Shown here piece after piece: positions 14,201-26,200 of a stretch of 64,000 nt of DNA. The notes below the pieces were generated by a model. The model made no database searches. It was not told the origin of the DNA and saw nothing but the letters and a program-made list of their open reading frames with translations. The stretch spans positions 15,128,001 to 15,192,000 of the forward strand of contig CM120640.1 of the NCBI GenBank assembly GCA_051362555.1. The letters are read 5' to 3'. Each line of letters begins with the position of its first letter. Position 1 is the first letter of the stretch. A program made the position numbers and the translations under genes. This DNA comes from Lingula anatina. Its lineage: Eukaryota; Animalia; Brachiopoda.

Positions 14201-17200
14201 ATGGTTTTCTACTTATAGTGATATAATTGAGTACCCAAGTGCAGGGATCGTCCTGGGTCAAAGTGTGGTTGGGCCATTTTGGCCCACTTGGTCAAAAAAA
14301 GTTGGTCATTTTTTAAAAAATGTGTGACGTAAATTATTTAGTGAAAATTATATTTCAATATTTTTATATGATTAAAAACACTGTAAAAGGCACTCTGAAG
14401 TCCTAAATAATTGGAGCATGTGGAAAAATCTTCCAAAATTTATAATTGTACTGTCCAAAAAATTGTACTGAATGGAAAAATCTTTCAGAACTTATAATTG
14501 TACTATGTCGAATAATTGCACTCACTGCATGGAAAAGGTTGACAATTCCCACTTTTGTTGTGAAAAAAAAAGCCATTGCTCTGAAAAGAATTCTTCTTTT
14601 TAAAAATATTTGCATTCTTTTTTTAACCTGAAAATAATTAAGCAGTGATCAAAGCTGAGAGAAACCCATCTTATATATATCTATATTTACATAAAATCTA
14701 GCAAGCAACTACATAACATTACTAAAATTAGTTGGCATATCTATTAATGAATTTACACATTAGGTATTTGTGATTATTACACGATCGACGAGTATAGTTA
14801 GATGATCGACGAAAAATAGTGAGAGCATTGGCTTTAATACACCGTAGACGAGAAATGTTTGACAACTGAATTGACGAAAATAGATGCTGAATTTATGATA
14901 GGCTCGTTTAAACTTGAAACTGAATCGATGGGAAGGCAGTGAATCGACGAAACATAACTGAATCGTTGACATGAATTTTTGCCCTTTTGGCCGCCCATAC
15001 GGTATTCTTTATTAGTTGACTTATGAGATTGTAAATATGACTAAGAAAAAAAAAAAAAAAAAGGTTTGTAAAAATTGTCCGTATTTCAGTAAGATTGATC
15101 ATGTCCACGAGTTTCAAGATAATACGTACGGCTATAGATTTTCCTTGAAATGTGTTATCACCATCCCATTTCATGCTGTTTTTTGAACTTGACCTGCATC
15201 TTATGAAAATTCATCAGTTCCATAATATGAAGACAAAAAGTAAAATGGTTTTCTACTTATAGTGATATAATTGAAAGTGCACAGCGACGACTACAACAGA
15301 TGCAGGTGATGGCTATATATACAGACACATCAGTGTCTCTACATAAAAATCAGCAGTGTAAAAATTTACAAAATGTAAATATTTCATGCAGTAAATTGTA
15401 TAATTATTACTTCATCTACGCTTAGAAAGAAGAAACATTCATACGTACTGTACACAATGTCTTTACTAGCATCAAATATGAATGCAGCAGACACAAAAAC
15501 TGCAGTTATCTCTTCTGTGGATCTAAAATTCATACAAACAATATTATGGCTTCGGTATGAAATAAAGATGCATTAATATTTTACAAACAAGGAAAAAAAG
15601 TGTCACTAAAGGTCAAATACAAAATACCTTAAAACATAATCACAACAATTCACAATTTTACTTATTATTACTTCATGATGTTACCTCCAATAAAAGATTT
15701 GACTTTTCTTACAGCCATGTAATAAAGTAATGCTACAATTTCAGTAATCTAAGGTGGATAACTTGAACCAGAGTAACTTGCAACTGCAAGATATACATTG
15801 TACCTTGTTGACCAATGTGCGAGTTGGCTCACATCAAAAACAGCATACAGGATTAAAAAGAGAGCATTAAAGAGACCCACACAAGAATACATGGCAGGGA
15901 AATCAATTCCATAGCTCTCAGCAACTTGATCGATGACTAGAAAGAATAGAACATCCCTATCTGTACAGCAGACTAAGAGAGAGAGAGTGACAAAAAGTCA
16001 GACAAAATAGTGCCAAACGAAAGAGATAAAGAAATGCTGTGAAGAACTTTGTAAAGGACAAAACAATGTTCAAGAATGTAATCAGTGATGTCCTTTAAGC
16101 CAGTGTTCAGTGCTGCCAATGGCAAAAATAATCCCTTTCCCTAAATCTATTGGTACCCTAATTATTATAGAGCAGTCACTGTATATACAGCCCTTCTCAC
16201 AACCTCTGAACATGGAGATCACAAAAAATGTACATATGCAGGGACAAGATTTTTCCAACTATTGACATATTTCCGACTTTTTGGGCGCCAAAAATATCAT
16301 TGGCCTAGTCAGTCCCCTGATAATTGTTTTAAAAGTTTTCTTTGCAGCTGGATTTATCTATATTTCATTTCTTTTTAATTGTCATGCAGAAATGTATGTA
16401 CCACAAAAATGCATTGTTCATAAAAAGTACTTACTGATGATGAATAAACTAATTGGAGCTGTGGTCATTATAATCATCATAGGCTGGCCTCCAAACAGTG
16501 AAAAAACCATACCTGCAATTGTCTGAGCTAAGATGTGATCTTTAACGGCTGAAAACCACAACATAAATACCAGTTCAGATCTGTGAAGCAAAAAATTTAA
16601 GTTTTTACAATTGCATCACCATAAAAAACTTTTTTTACTAAATTGTGGGATACCTTCTAGGTATGTTACATATATCCCACATTGCTTCAATAAATGAAAC
16701 AATAATGAAGTGAAATTTTTGAACCAGGACTTTAGGTGAAGGTGATATGAAGAAATTTTGGTGAATAATATGCAATACCAAAAAGCTATAGGTTGACATA
16801 TTAATCCTATTAAAATTTTCAATATCAACTTAAAAAAAAAAATTGAAGCAAAATCTCCCAGGCTATGGAGTCCATGGGAGACAAGCAAATATTGAGGGTT
16901 TATTGCAAGAGATAGAATTACATGGAGATGATTAAAAAAATAACTGTGCCTCAAATTTGACGTGAATATCAGCGAGAAACACATTGCAATTTTGGTGGAG
17001 AAAAACAGAAATAAGTATTCTAAAACTTACAAGGCAATACAAACACAATACTATTGACAAACTAAATAATTTGCAAAAGAAATTTCATTTTTAATTATTA
17101 TAAATGACAGCAAATTGTACCCATGGCTCCATGTGTGCTTTTGTGATTCACTTCACTGAATGCAATGGTTGGTAACAAGCAAGAGAAATACAAAAAGATG

Positions 17201-20200
17201 GTTGATGACAGGCACTTGGAAATTGTGTTTGGACCAACAATGCCTAGAAATACACAAAATAACTGTTAAAGTAATATTAAGATACTGATTTCAGTATAGT
17301 TTGAATTTTGATACTGCTCCAGTTTTTGTTCTTCTCATATGCATCTAACAGTACATTATGGGAAAATCAGGTAAAGGTAACAGTAGAAGGAATGCACAGG
17401 CGCCGGGTATGACCCACCTATCTTCAATGAAAACTTTGGAAACTTAAGTTAATTTCTTTTAAATTTTTTGCTAAAATTTAATTTTTCAAAACCTTAAATG
17501 CTTGAGGCATTTTTTCATGCACGTAAAACATCGTTCAAAATAAATGAGAAGCAAAACATAAGAGTGGAGAAGAGACATACTGAACATATATATTATTTTA
17601 TACCTTCTGCTAGAACTAAATTTTGATTTATTTTCTTACCATCTCTATAGTCAGACCAATAATAAGGGAGTCTTCTTTTCAAATCAGCTAGCATTCCTCT
17701 TCCAGGATAGAAGCTCCCCTAAAATCCACTTTTAGACTTAGGCTTGGTTCACATGCAATGTCTATTTTCTAAATTCTATTTGCAGTATGTCTTATGATCA
17801 CGGTCAGTGCCCTGAATATCCCGCGGAGTAATTACTAGCAGCGCGAGCCAGTTACTATAAGTTACTATAAGTAACTGGCTCACGCTGCCAGTAATTACGC
17901 GGCGGGATATTCAGGGCACAGACCGTGATCATAAGATAACGCGAATAGAAAATAGATTTTTAGAAAATAGACATTCCATGTGAACGAAGCCTTAGTACAA
18001 GCACGTTTTGGTTTTCAACAGGATAGTGTGGGAGAATGAGCTCAAAAACATACAGGCACATAATGATGAAAAGGGCATATCAAAAATCCATACCTGGCAA
18101 TAAACAGCTTCTGATGAATATAAAAAAAAAATAGAAAAAGTGACATAAGGTTTAAAAAAAAACACCTTTAACTCATCCACCAGTGCTTCTGAAGTGCTAC
18201 CCTTTCTCATATCTGGCTTGCTCTCCTGTTTAGACAACTCCTCCGAATGTTCCAAGAGTAACTGCTTGAAGCCTGCAACATTGTGGACATCATGCAATTC
18301 TTGTCTGAAGCGCAAATCTGCGAAGATGGTGGCTAATGCCTGTCCTGTGACTAGGGCTTCTTTAGATCCGGACTGAAAGGAAAAAGCAAATATTATGAAC
18401 TGATTCAGATATTTCATTTATACATAAGGGTTGTTCAAAAAGTTCTAAGCCTCACCTAAAAGGAGTTGTAGAAACAAGACACTTTTGTCATGAGCCATAT
18501 TTTTCGAGTTTCCTTAATTTTTCAAGCTCTTTATTCATTCTACAGAATTCTGCAGAATCCAAGACATCAGCCATTTAAAGACCCAACATGTACAAATTTA
18601 GATTCCCAAGGAATTTAATCAGTTTGATACAGGGGAAATTTCATTACATGTTAAAATACATGGAAGGCAAAAATCTAATTTTGTGTCAGAATCCCAAAAT
18701 ATCTCAGGAAACAAACGGTGTGACTGTCTGTCTCATGCTCTTCTTGTATTGATTCAAATTTATTTAATTCTTTATGCTTCCTTATGCTTTCTAAAGTTAA
18801 ACACCGAAAACAACGCTTATTTAGGTGAAAATGTTCATTCTTTGCTGGAAAAGCTACATCCTTTGGGGTAAACCTACATTGCCATTTAACCTCGTCATCT
18901 TGATTCTCACAAATACATGGCAGTTATTGTAGCACAAGAAAATTATAAGTTAAAACTATTTTAATTTCATATATTTTGGTCCCCGGTTCTCACTAGGAAG
19001 TCACAAAAAGTTTGCAAAATGAATTTGACTGACAAAATTGCCAATATCAGCAACCTGTTGGTCCTCAAGACAGACAAGGAAAAACTTATTGGTCAACTTA
19101 TTCATGTCAACCAAATGTTGTGTATGTTTAATCAAAAGTATCTAATCATATGCATGGAAAGTTGTAACAAGGCAGCAAAGCTGTCAAATGTACAGACAAA
19201 AAACAGAAAATAATTGTAGCCGTATGAATGTATTTTCTTCATTCGTGTTCGTCTTTTGTTTTGTCACGTGGGCGTCATCTTACTCTCTCATTCCCATTGG
19301 TCATCTTTCCCGCCTTTCGTCGCTTATAAATATCGTCGCTGCCCTTTTTCTGTCATTCTTCTTTGCTCATCGCTCTTTATATATTTACAGGTACGTGGTC
19401 AATAGTTTAATTCTTTTATGAATATTATCATTATTATTATTATACTTATTATATATTAAGATTATAGCTATTAACTAGAGGATCAGAGAGGCGATACCGC
19501 CTCCGAATATTGTACCACCAGCTGGAGCAAGCGCATTCGTATAGACCCCCACATACACAAAATAAGGGACACAGCCACCAGTCTTATGCTTGACAAGCTA
19601 TAAAAATGCAATCAACAAGAATTTTCAAAATACGCAAAAAATATATATTACTTAAAATGGTACAATCAAAGTTAGGTTAAGGTAGGTCAAAGGTCAATTT
19701 CAAGGTCACAGTAAATTGACTTTCTATTCAACTACAATAGCAGTGTAACTTTGGAGATAAAAGGGAACCAAAATTTGCAAAGTTCAGTTCATGGTGAAAA
19801 GTAGTTCAAAGGTCAATTTCAAGGTCACAGTAAGATTGCCAGTATATGACTTCCTATTCAACTTCAATAGTAACTATGGACCTATCTCTGCCAGTTTTGG
19901 AGATAAAAGGGAACCAAAATTTGCAAAGTTCAATTCATGATAAAAAGTAGGTCAAAGGTCAATTTCAAGGTTACATTAAGATTGCCAGTATATGACTTCC
20001 TATTCAACTTCAATAGTAACTATGGACCTATCCCTGCCAGTTTTGGAGATAAAAGGGAATCAAAATTTGCAAAGTTCAGTTCATGGTGAAAAGTAGGTCA
20101 AAGGTCAATTTTAAGGTCACATTTAGATTGCTAGTATATGACTTCCTATTCAACTTCAATAGTAACTATGGACCTATCTCTGCTAGTTTTGGAGATAAAA

Positions 20201-23200
20201 GGGAAGCAAATTTTCCAAAGTTCAGTTCATGGTGAAAAGTAGGTCAAAGGTCAATTTCAAGGCCACATTTAGATTGCCAGTATATGACTTCATATTCAAG
20301 TTCAATAGAAACTATGGACCTATCTCTGCCAGTTTTGGAGATAAAAGGGAAGCAAAATTTGCAAAGTTCAATTTATGGTGAAAAGTAGGTCAAAGGTCAA
20401 TTTCAAGGTCACAGTAAGATTGCCAGTATATGACTTCCTATTCAACTTCAATAGTAACTATGGACCTATCTCTGCCAGTTTTATAGATATAAGGGACTAA
20501 ATGTTATAATTTCGGAGTTACCATAATGTGCCATAAATTTCCTACAGAAAAAATTAATTAAAATAAAGAAAAGGTCATTTTGGTCAAAATTCTTGAAATG
20601 GGAGGTGCTCTGAAGTTCCAGAAGTTCAAATTTGATGAAATAATGTCATTTTTGAACACAAGTTGTCTGCTTTGCCTAGCCTTATGTTTTATTTTTCCGG
20701 AGTTCAAAATTTATTATCCATTACCGTACTGCACATTTTGCTTTAACCACCAAAATGTACTTTTTGATACAGCGTAACTTTGCAGATAAAAGGGAAGCAA
20801 AATTTGCAAAGTTCAGTTCATGATGAAAAGTAGGTCAAAGGTCAATTTCAAGGTCACAGTAAGATTGCCAGTATATGACTTCCTATTCAACTTCAATAGT
20901 AACTATGGACCTATCTCTGCCAGTTTTGGAGATAAAAGGGAACCAAAATTTGCAAAGTTCAATTCATGATAAAAAGTAGGTCAAAGGTCAATTTCAAGGT
21001 CACATTTAGATTGCCAGTATATGACTTCCTATTCAACTTCAATAGTAACTATGGACCTATCTCTGCCAGGTTTGGAGTTAAAAGAGAAAGAAATTAGCAG
21101 AGTTCAGTTCATGGTGAAAAGTAGGTCAAAGGTCAATTTTAAGGTCACATTTAGATTGCCAGTATATGACTTCCTATTCAACTTCAATAGTAACTATGGA
21201 CCTATCTCTGCTAGTTTTGGAGATAAAAGGGAAGCAAAATTTCCAAAGTTCAGTTCATGGTGAAAAGTAGGTCAAAGGTCAATTTTAAGGTCACATTTGG
21301 ATTGCCAGTATATGACTTCCTATTCAACTTCAATAGTAACTATGGATCTATCTCTGCCAGTTTTGGAGATAAAAGGGAAGCAAAATTTGCAAAGTTCAAT
21401 TTATGGTGAAAAGTAGGTCAAAGGTCAATTTCAAGGTCACAGTAAGATTGCCAGTATATGACTTCCTATTCAACTTCAATAGTAACTATGGACCTATCTC
21501 TGCCAGTTTTATAGATATAAGGGACTAAATGTTATAATTTCGGAGTTACCATAATGTGCCATAAATTTCCTACAGAAAAAATTAATTAAAATAAAGAAAA
21601 GGTCATTTTGGTCAAAATTCTTGAAATGGGAGGTGCTCTGAAATTCCAGAAGTTCAAATTTGATGAAATAATGTCATTTTTGAACACAAGTTGTCTGCTT
21701 TGCCTAGCCTTATGTTTTATTTTTCCAGAGTTCAAAATTTATTATCCATTACCGTACTGCACATTTTGCTTTCACCACCAATATGTACTTTTTGATACAG
21801 CGTAACTCGAAAACCGTATGGAATACAAAAAAACGGAGACCACCTCCAGTGTTGGGCTTTACATGCTCTACAAAATGCAAAAAAGAATGGGTTTCTAGCA
21901 TTAACGGTTCCCGAATTACAGACAGTTTTCAGTTTCGGTATCTTATGGCCGCTACACCCGTGAAAATGCACCGATTGACCCCAAATTCACACAGATGAAA
22001 GATGACCTGAAGGGTAATATTTTCCAATAATTTTATTGGTTAAGTCTGTGTGGTGTCTGAATAACAGCGCAAATAAATTTTTTTTCGTAAAAAAATTCAT
22101 TTTTTTGAAAATTTTTGCCCGTTTGACCTTGAAATAAAGGTCAAAGGTCAAATCCAAGGGCATATTTGAAATCTACACATATGACTTTTGGAAAGCCGTC
22201 TGTAGAAATTTTTCCCATAATTCCTTCCGTAGGGTAGATAATTAGCATTTAATTTTGCCATTTTTGGACAAGGGTGCATTGCAATGAGTGCCACACCTAG
22301 ACCCCAATACCGATAAAGCCCAAATTTTACGTGGAACGAGTTGAGATTATAGGTGACCTAAATCCAAGAGATGGGTATGGGGGCCCTTACCGTCTAGGAG
22401 GAGAAGCGGTAACGGTAACATGGCGGCGGAGCCGGCAGAGCCGCAGGAGCCGGCGGAACGGACCGGACGGGACCAAAACCATGTGTACCGCCAGCGCTAA
22501 CGCTGGTGGTACAATAACATTATTATGATGATCGCACATTCTTCTTTGCTCATCGCTCTTTATATATTTACAGATGGTATGGAATAAATAAGAACAAAGA
22601 GAAATAGACTTTGTAGTGAACCGTTGCATATGGCGCTGCGAGCATTTATTTTGATTAGGTGTACAGGTATGTAGATAATTTACTTTGAACTTGCAAATTT
22701 GTTTAGTTTTCACATTTTAGTGAAATTCCCTTGTCATAACAATTGTTTGTGGTGTTTATGTACATTAATTAAAGTGTGTGGTGTCATGTATGTTTTTGGA
22801 ATGTCATAACTAACACCAAACCTTATACTTCTATATTTGTTGCATTGGGGAATAGAGACAAAGACATTAAATATTGTGCTCATTTATTTATTTAATTTTC
22901 ATCTGATATCACTGAGTTATAGATTATCATTATTGTACCACCAGCGTAGGCGCTGGCGGTACACATGGTTTTAGTCCCGACCCGTATGTTCCGCCGGCTC
23001 CGCCGGCTCCTGCGGCTCCGCCGGCTCCTGCGGCTCCGCCGCCAAGTCACCGTTACCGCTTCTCCTCCTAGATGGTAAGGCCCTCCATACCCATCTCTTG
23101 GATTTAGGTCACGTATAATCTCAACTCGTTCCACGTAAAATTTGGGCTTTGTCGGTATTGGGGTCTAGGTGTGGCACTCATTGCAATGCACCCTTGTCCA

Positions 23201-26200
23201 AAAATGGCAAAATTAAATGCTAATTATCTCCCCTACAGAAGGAATTATGGGAAAAATTTCTACAGACAGCTTTCCAAAAGTCATATGTGTAGATTTCAAA
23301 TATGCCCTTGGATTTGACCTTTGACCTTTATTTCAAGGTCAAACGGGCCAAAATTTTCAAAAAAACAAAATTTTTGCCGAAAAAAAAGTTATTTGCGCTC
23401 TTATTCAGACACCACACAGACTTAACTAATAATATTAATGGAAAGTGTTACCCTTCGGGTCATCTTTCATCTTCGTGAATTTGGGGTCAATCGGTGCATT
23501 TTCACGGGAGTAGCGGCCATAAGATATCGAAACTGAAAACTGTCTCTAATTCGGGAACCGTTAATGCTAGACACTCATTCTTTTTTGCATTTTGTAGAGC
23601 ATGTAAAGCCCAACACTGGAGGTGGTCTCCGTTTTTTTGTATTCCATACGGTTTTCGAGTTACGCTGTATCAAAAAGTACATATTGGTGGTGAAAGCAAA
23701 ATGTGCAGTACGGTAATGGATAATAAATTTTGAACTCCGGAAAAATAAAACATAAGGCTTGGCAAAGCAGACAACTTGTGGTCAAAAATGACATTATTTC
23801 ATCAAATTTGAACATCTGGAACTTCAGAGCACCTCCCATTTCAAGAATTTTGACCAAAATGACCTTTTCTTAATTTTAATTAATTTTTTCTGTAGGAAAT
23901 TTATGGCACATTATGGTAACTCCAAAATTATAACATTTAGTCCCTTATATCTCCAAAACTGGCAGAGATAGGTCCATAGTTACTATTAAAGTTGAATAGG
24001 AAGTCATATACTGGCAATCTTACTGTGACCTTGAAATTGACCTTTGACCTACTTTTCACCATGAACCGAACTGTGCAAATTTTGCTTCCCTTTTATCTCC
24101 AAAACTGGTAAAGATAGGTCCATAGTTACTATTGAACTTGAATGGGAAGTCATATCCTGGCAATGTAAATGTGACCTTGAAATTGACCTTTGACCTACTT
24201 TTCACCATGAACTTAACTTTGCAAATTTTGCTTCCCTTTTATCTCCAAAACTGGCAGAGATAGGTCCATAGTTTCTATTGAAGTTGAATAGGAAGTCATA
24301 TACTGGCAATCTACATGTGACCTTAAAATTGACCTTTGACCTACTTTTCACCTTGAACTGAAATTTGCAAATTTTGCTTCCCTTTTATCTCCAAAACTGG
24401 CAGAGATAGGTCCATAGTTTCTTTTGAACTTGAATAGGAAGTCATATACTGGCAATCTACATGTGACCTTAAAATTGACCTTTGACCTACTTTTCACCTT
24501 GAACTGAACTTTGCAAATTTTGCTTCCCTTTTATCTCCAAAACTGGAAAAGATAGGTCCATAGTTTTTTTTTAATTTGAATGGGAAGTCATATCCTGGCA
24601 ATGTAAATGTGACCTTAAAATTGACCTTTGATCTACTTTTCACCATAACCTGAACTTTGCAAATTTTGCTTCCCTTTTATCTCCAAAACTGACAGAGATA
24701 GGTCCATAGTTTCTATTGAACTTGAATAGGAAGTCATATACTGGCAATCTACATGTGACCTTAAAATTGACCTTTGACCTACTTTTCACCATGAACTGAA
24801 CTTTGCAAATTTTGCTTCCCTTTTATCTCCAAAACTGGCAGAGATAGGTCCATAGTTTCTATTGAACTTGAATAGGAAGTCATATACTGGCAATCTACAT
24901 GTGACCTTAAAATTGACCTTTGACCTACTTTTCACCATGAACTGAACTTTGCAAATTTTGCTTCCCTTTTATCTCCAAAACTGGCAGAGATAGGTCCATA
25001 GTCTCTATTGAACTTGAATAGGAAGTCATATACTGGCAATCTACATGTGACCTTAAAATTGACCTTTGACCTACTTTTCACCATCAACTGAACTTTGCAA
25101 ATTTTGCTTCCCTTTCATCTCCAAAACTGGCAGAGATAGGTCCATAGTTTCTATTGAACTTGAATAGGAAGTCATGTACTGGCAATCTACATGTGACCTT
25201 AAAATTGACCTTTGACCTACTTTTTACCATGAACTGAACTTTGCAAATTTTGCTTCCCTTTTATCTCCAAAACTGGCAGAGATAGGTCCATAGTCTCTAT
25301 TGAACTTGAATAGGAAGTCATATACTGGCAATCTACATGTGACCTTAAAATTGACCTTTGACCTACTTTTCACCATAAACTGAACTTTGCAAATTTTGCT
25401 TCCCTTTTATCTCCAAAACTGGCAGAGATATAGTCCATAGTTACTATTGAAGTTGAATAGGAAGTCATATACTGGCAATCTTTAAGTGACCTTAAAATTG
25501 ACCTTTGACCTTCTTTTCTCAATGAACTGAACTTTGCATATTTTGCTTCCCCTTTATCTCCAAAACTGGCAGAGATAGGTCCATAGTTTAATAGTTTAAC
25601 TAGGTCCATAGTTTAACTTTGATTGTACCATTTTTAGTTATATATATATTTTTTGCATATTTTGAAAATTCTTGTTGATTGCATTTTTACAGCTTGTCAA
25701 GCACAAGACTGGTGGCTGTGTTCCTTATTTTGTGTATGTGGGGGTCTATACGAATGCGCTTGCTCCAGCTGGTGGTATAATATTCGGAGGCGGTATCGCC
25801 TCTCTGATCCTCTAGTTAATTTTTTTTTTTCGGATTTCTATAGTATTAAAATATCTTAGTATTAATATCACTTACCTATTTTTGCAAATAACTTCATTTA
25901 ATTTTTTATTAATTACAGTAAGTAAAGTGATTATAATTCTTATTGTTTCAATATAATTGGGGTTAAAGAGTTAAATATTTTCACCACGTAAAATAAGATC
26001 AGAGTCATCTGTTTTTTTTTTTTTCTTCACTATTTTTCTTATTTCATTTTCCATTTTATCATTTATCTCATATAGTGCTCATATCATATCTCATATTTTC
26101 AGAAAGTCGGATGTTACCTAATTGATTAAAATTATTTTTCACTCTTTCTCTAATTTTGATATTCAATCTATCGGTTTAAGCTTCATCATTTATCAATCTA

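Larger units (their letters stand above)
10031..15349 (+). mobile_element. Helentron/HINE-like family 2, copy C (composite, with nested inserts)
   Basis: Start CAAGGCAGCAA...AAATGTACAGACA; end hairpin ATACAGACACATCAGTGTCTCTACATAAAAA. Contains a family-1 fragment (from about 10899), a TA-1 element and a 1043-bp tandem duplication. Confidence 0.6.

Noticed and set aside
19700-25600. CRISPR-like array
   Set aside because: The units are contiguous 146-bp tandem repeats without unique spacers; the context is eukaryotic and there are no cas genes
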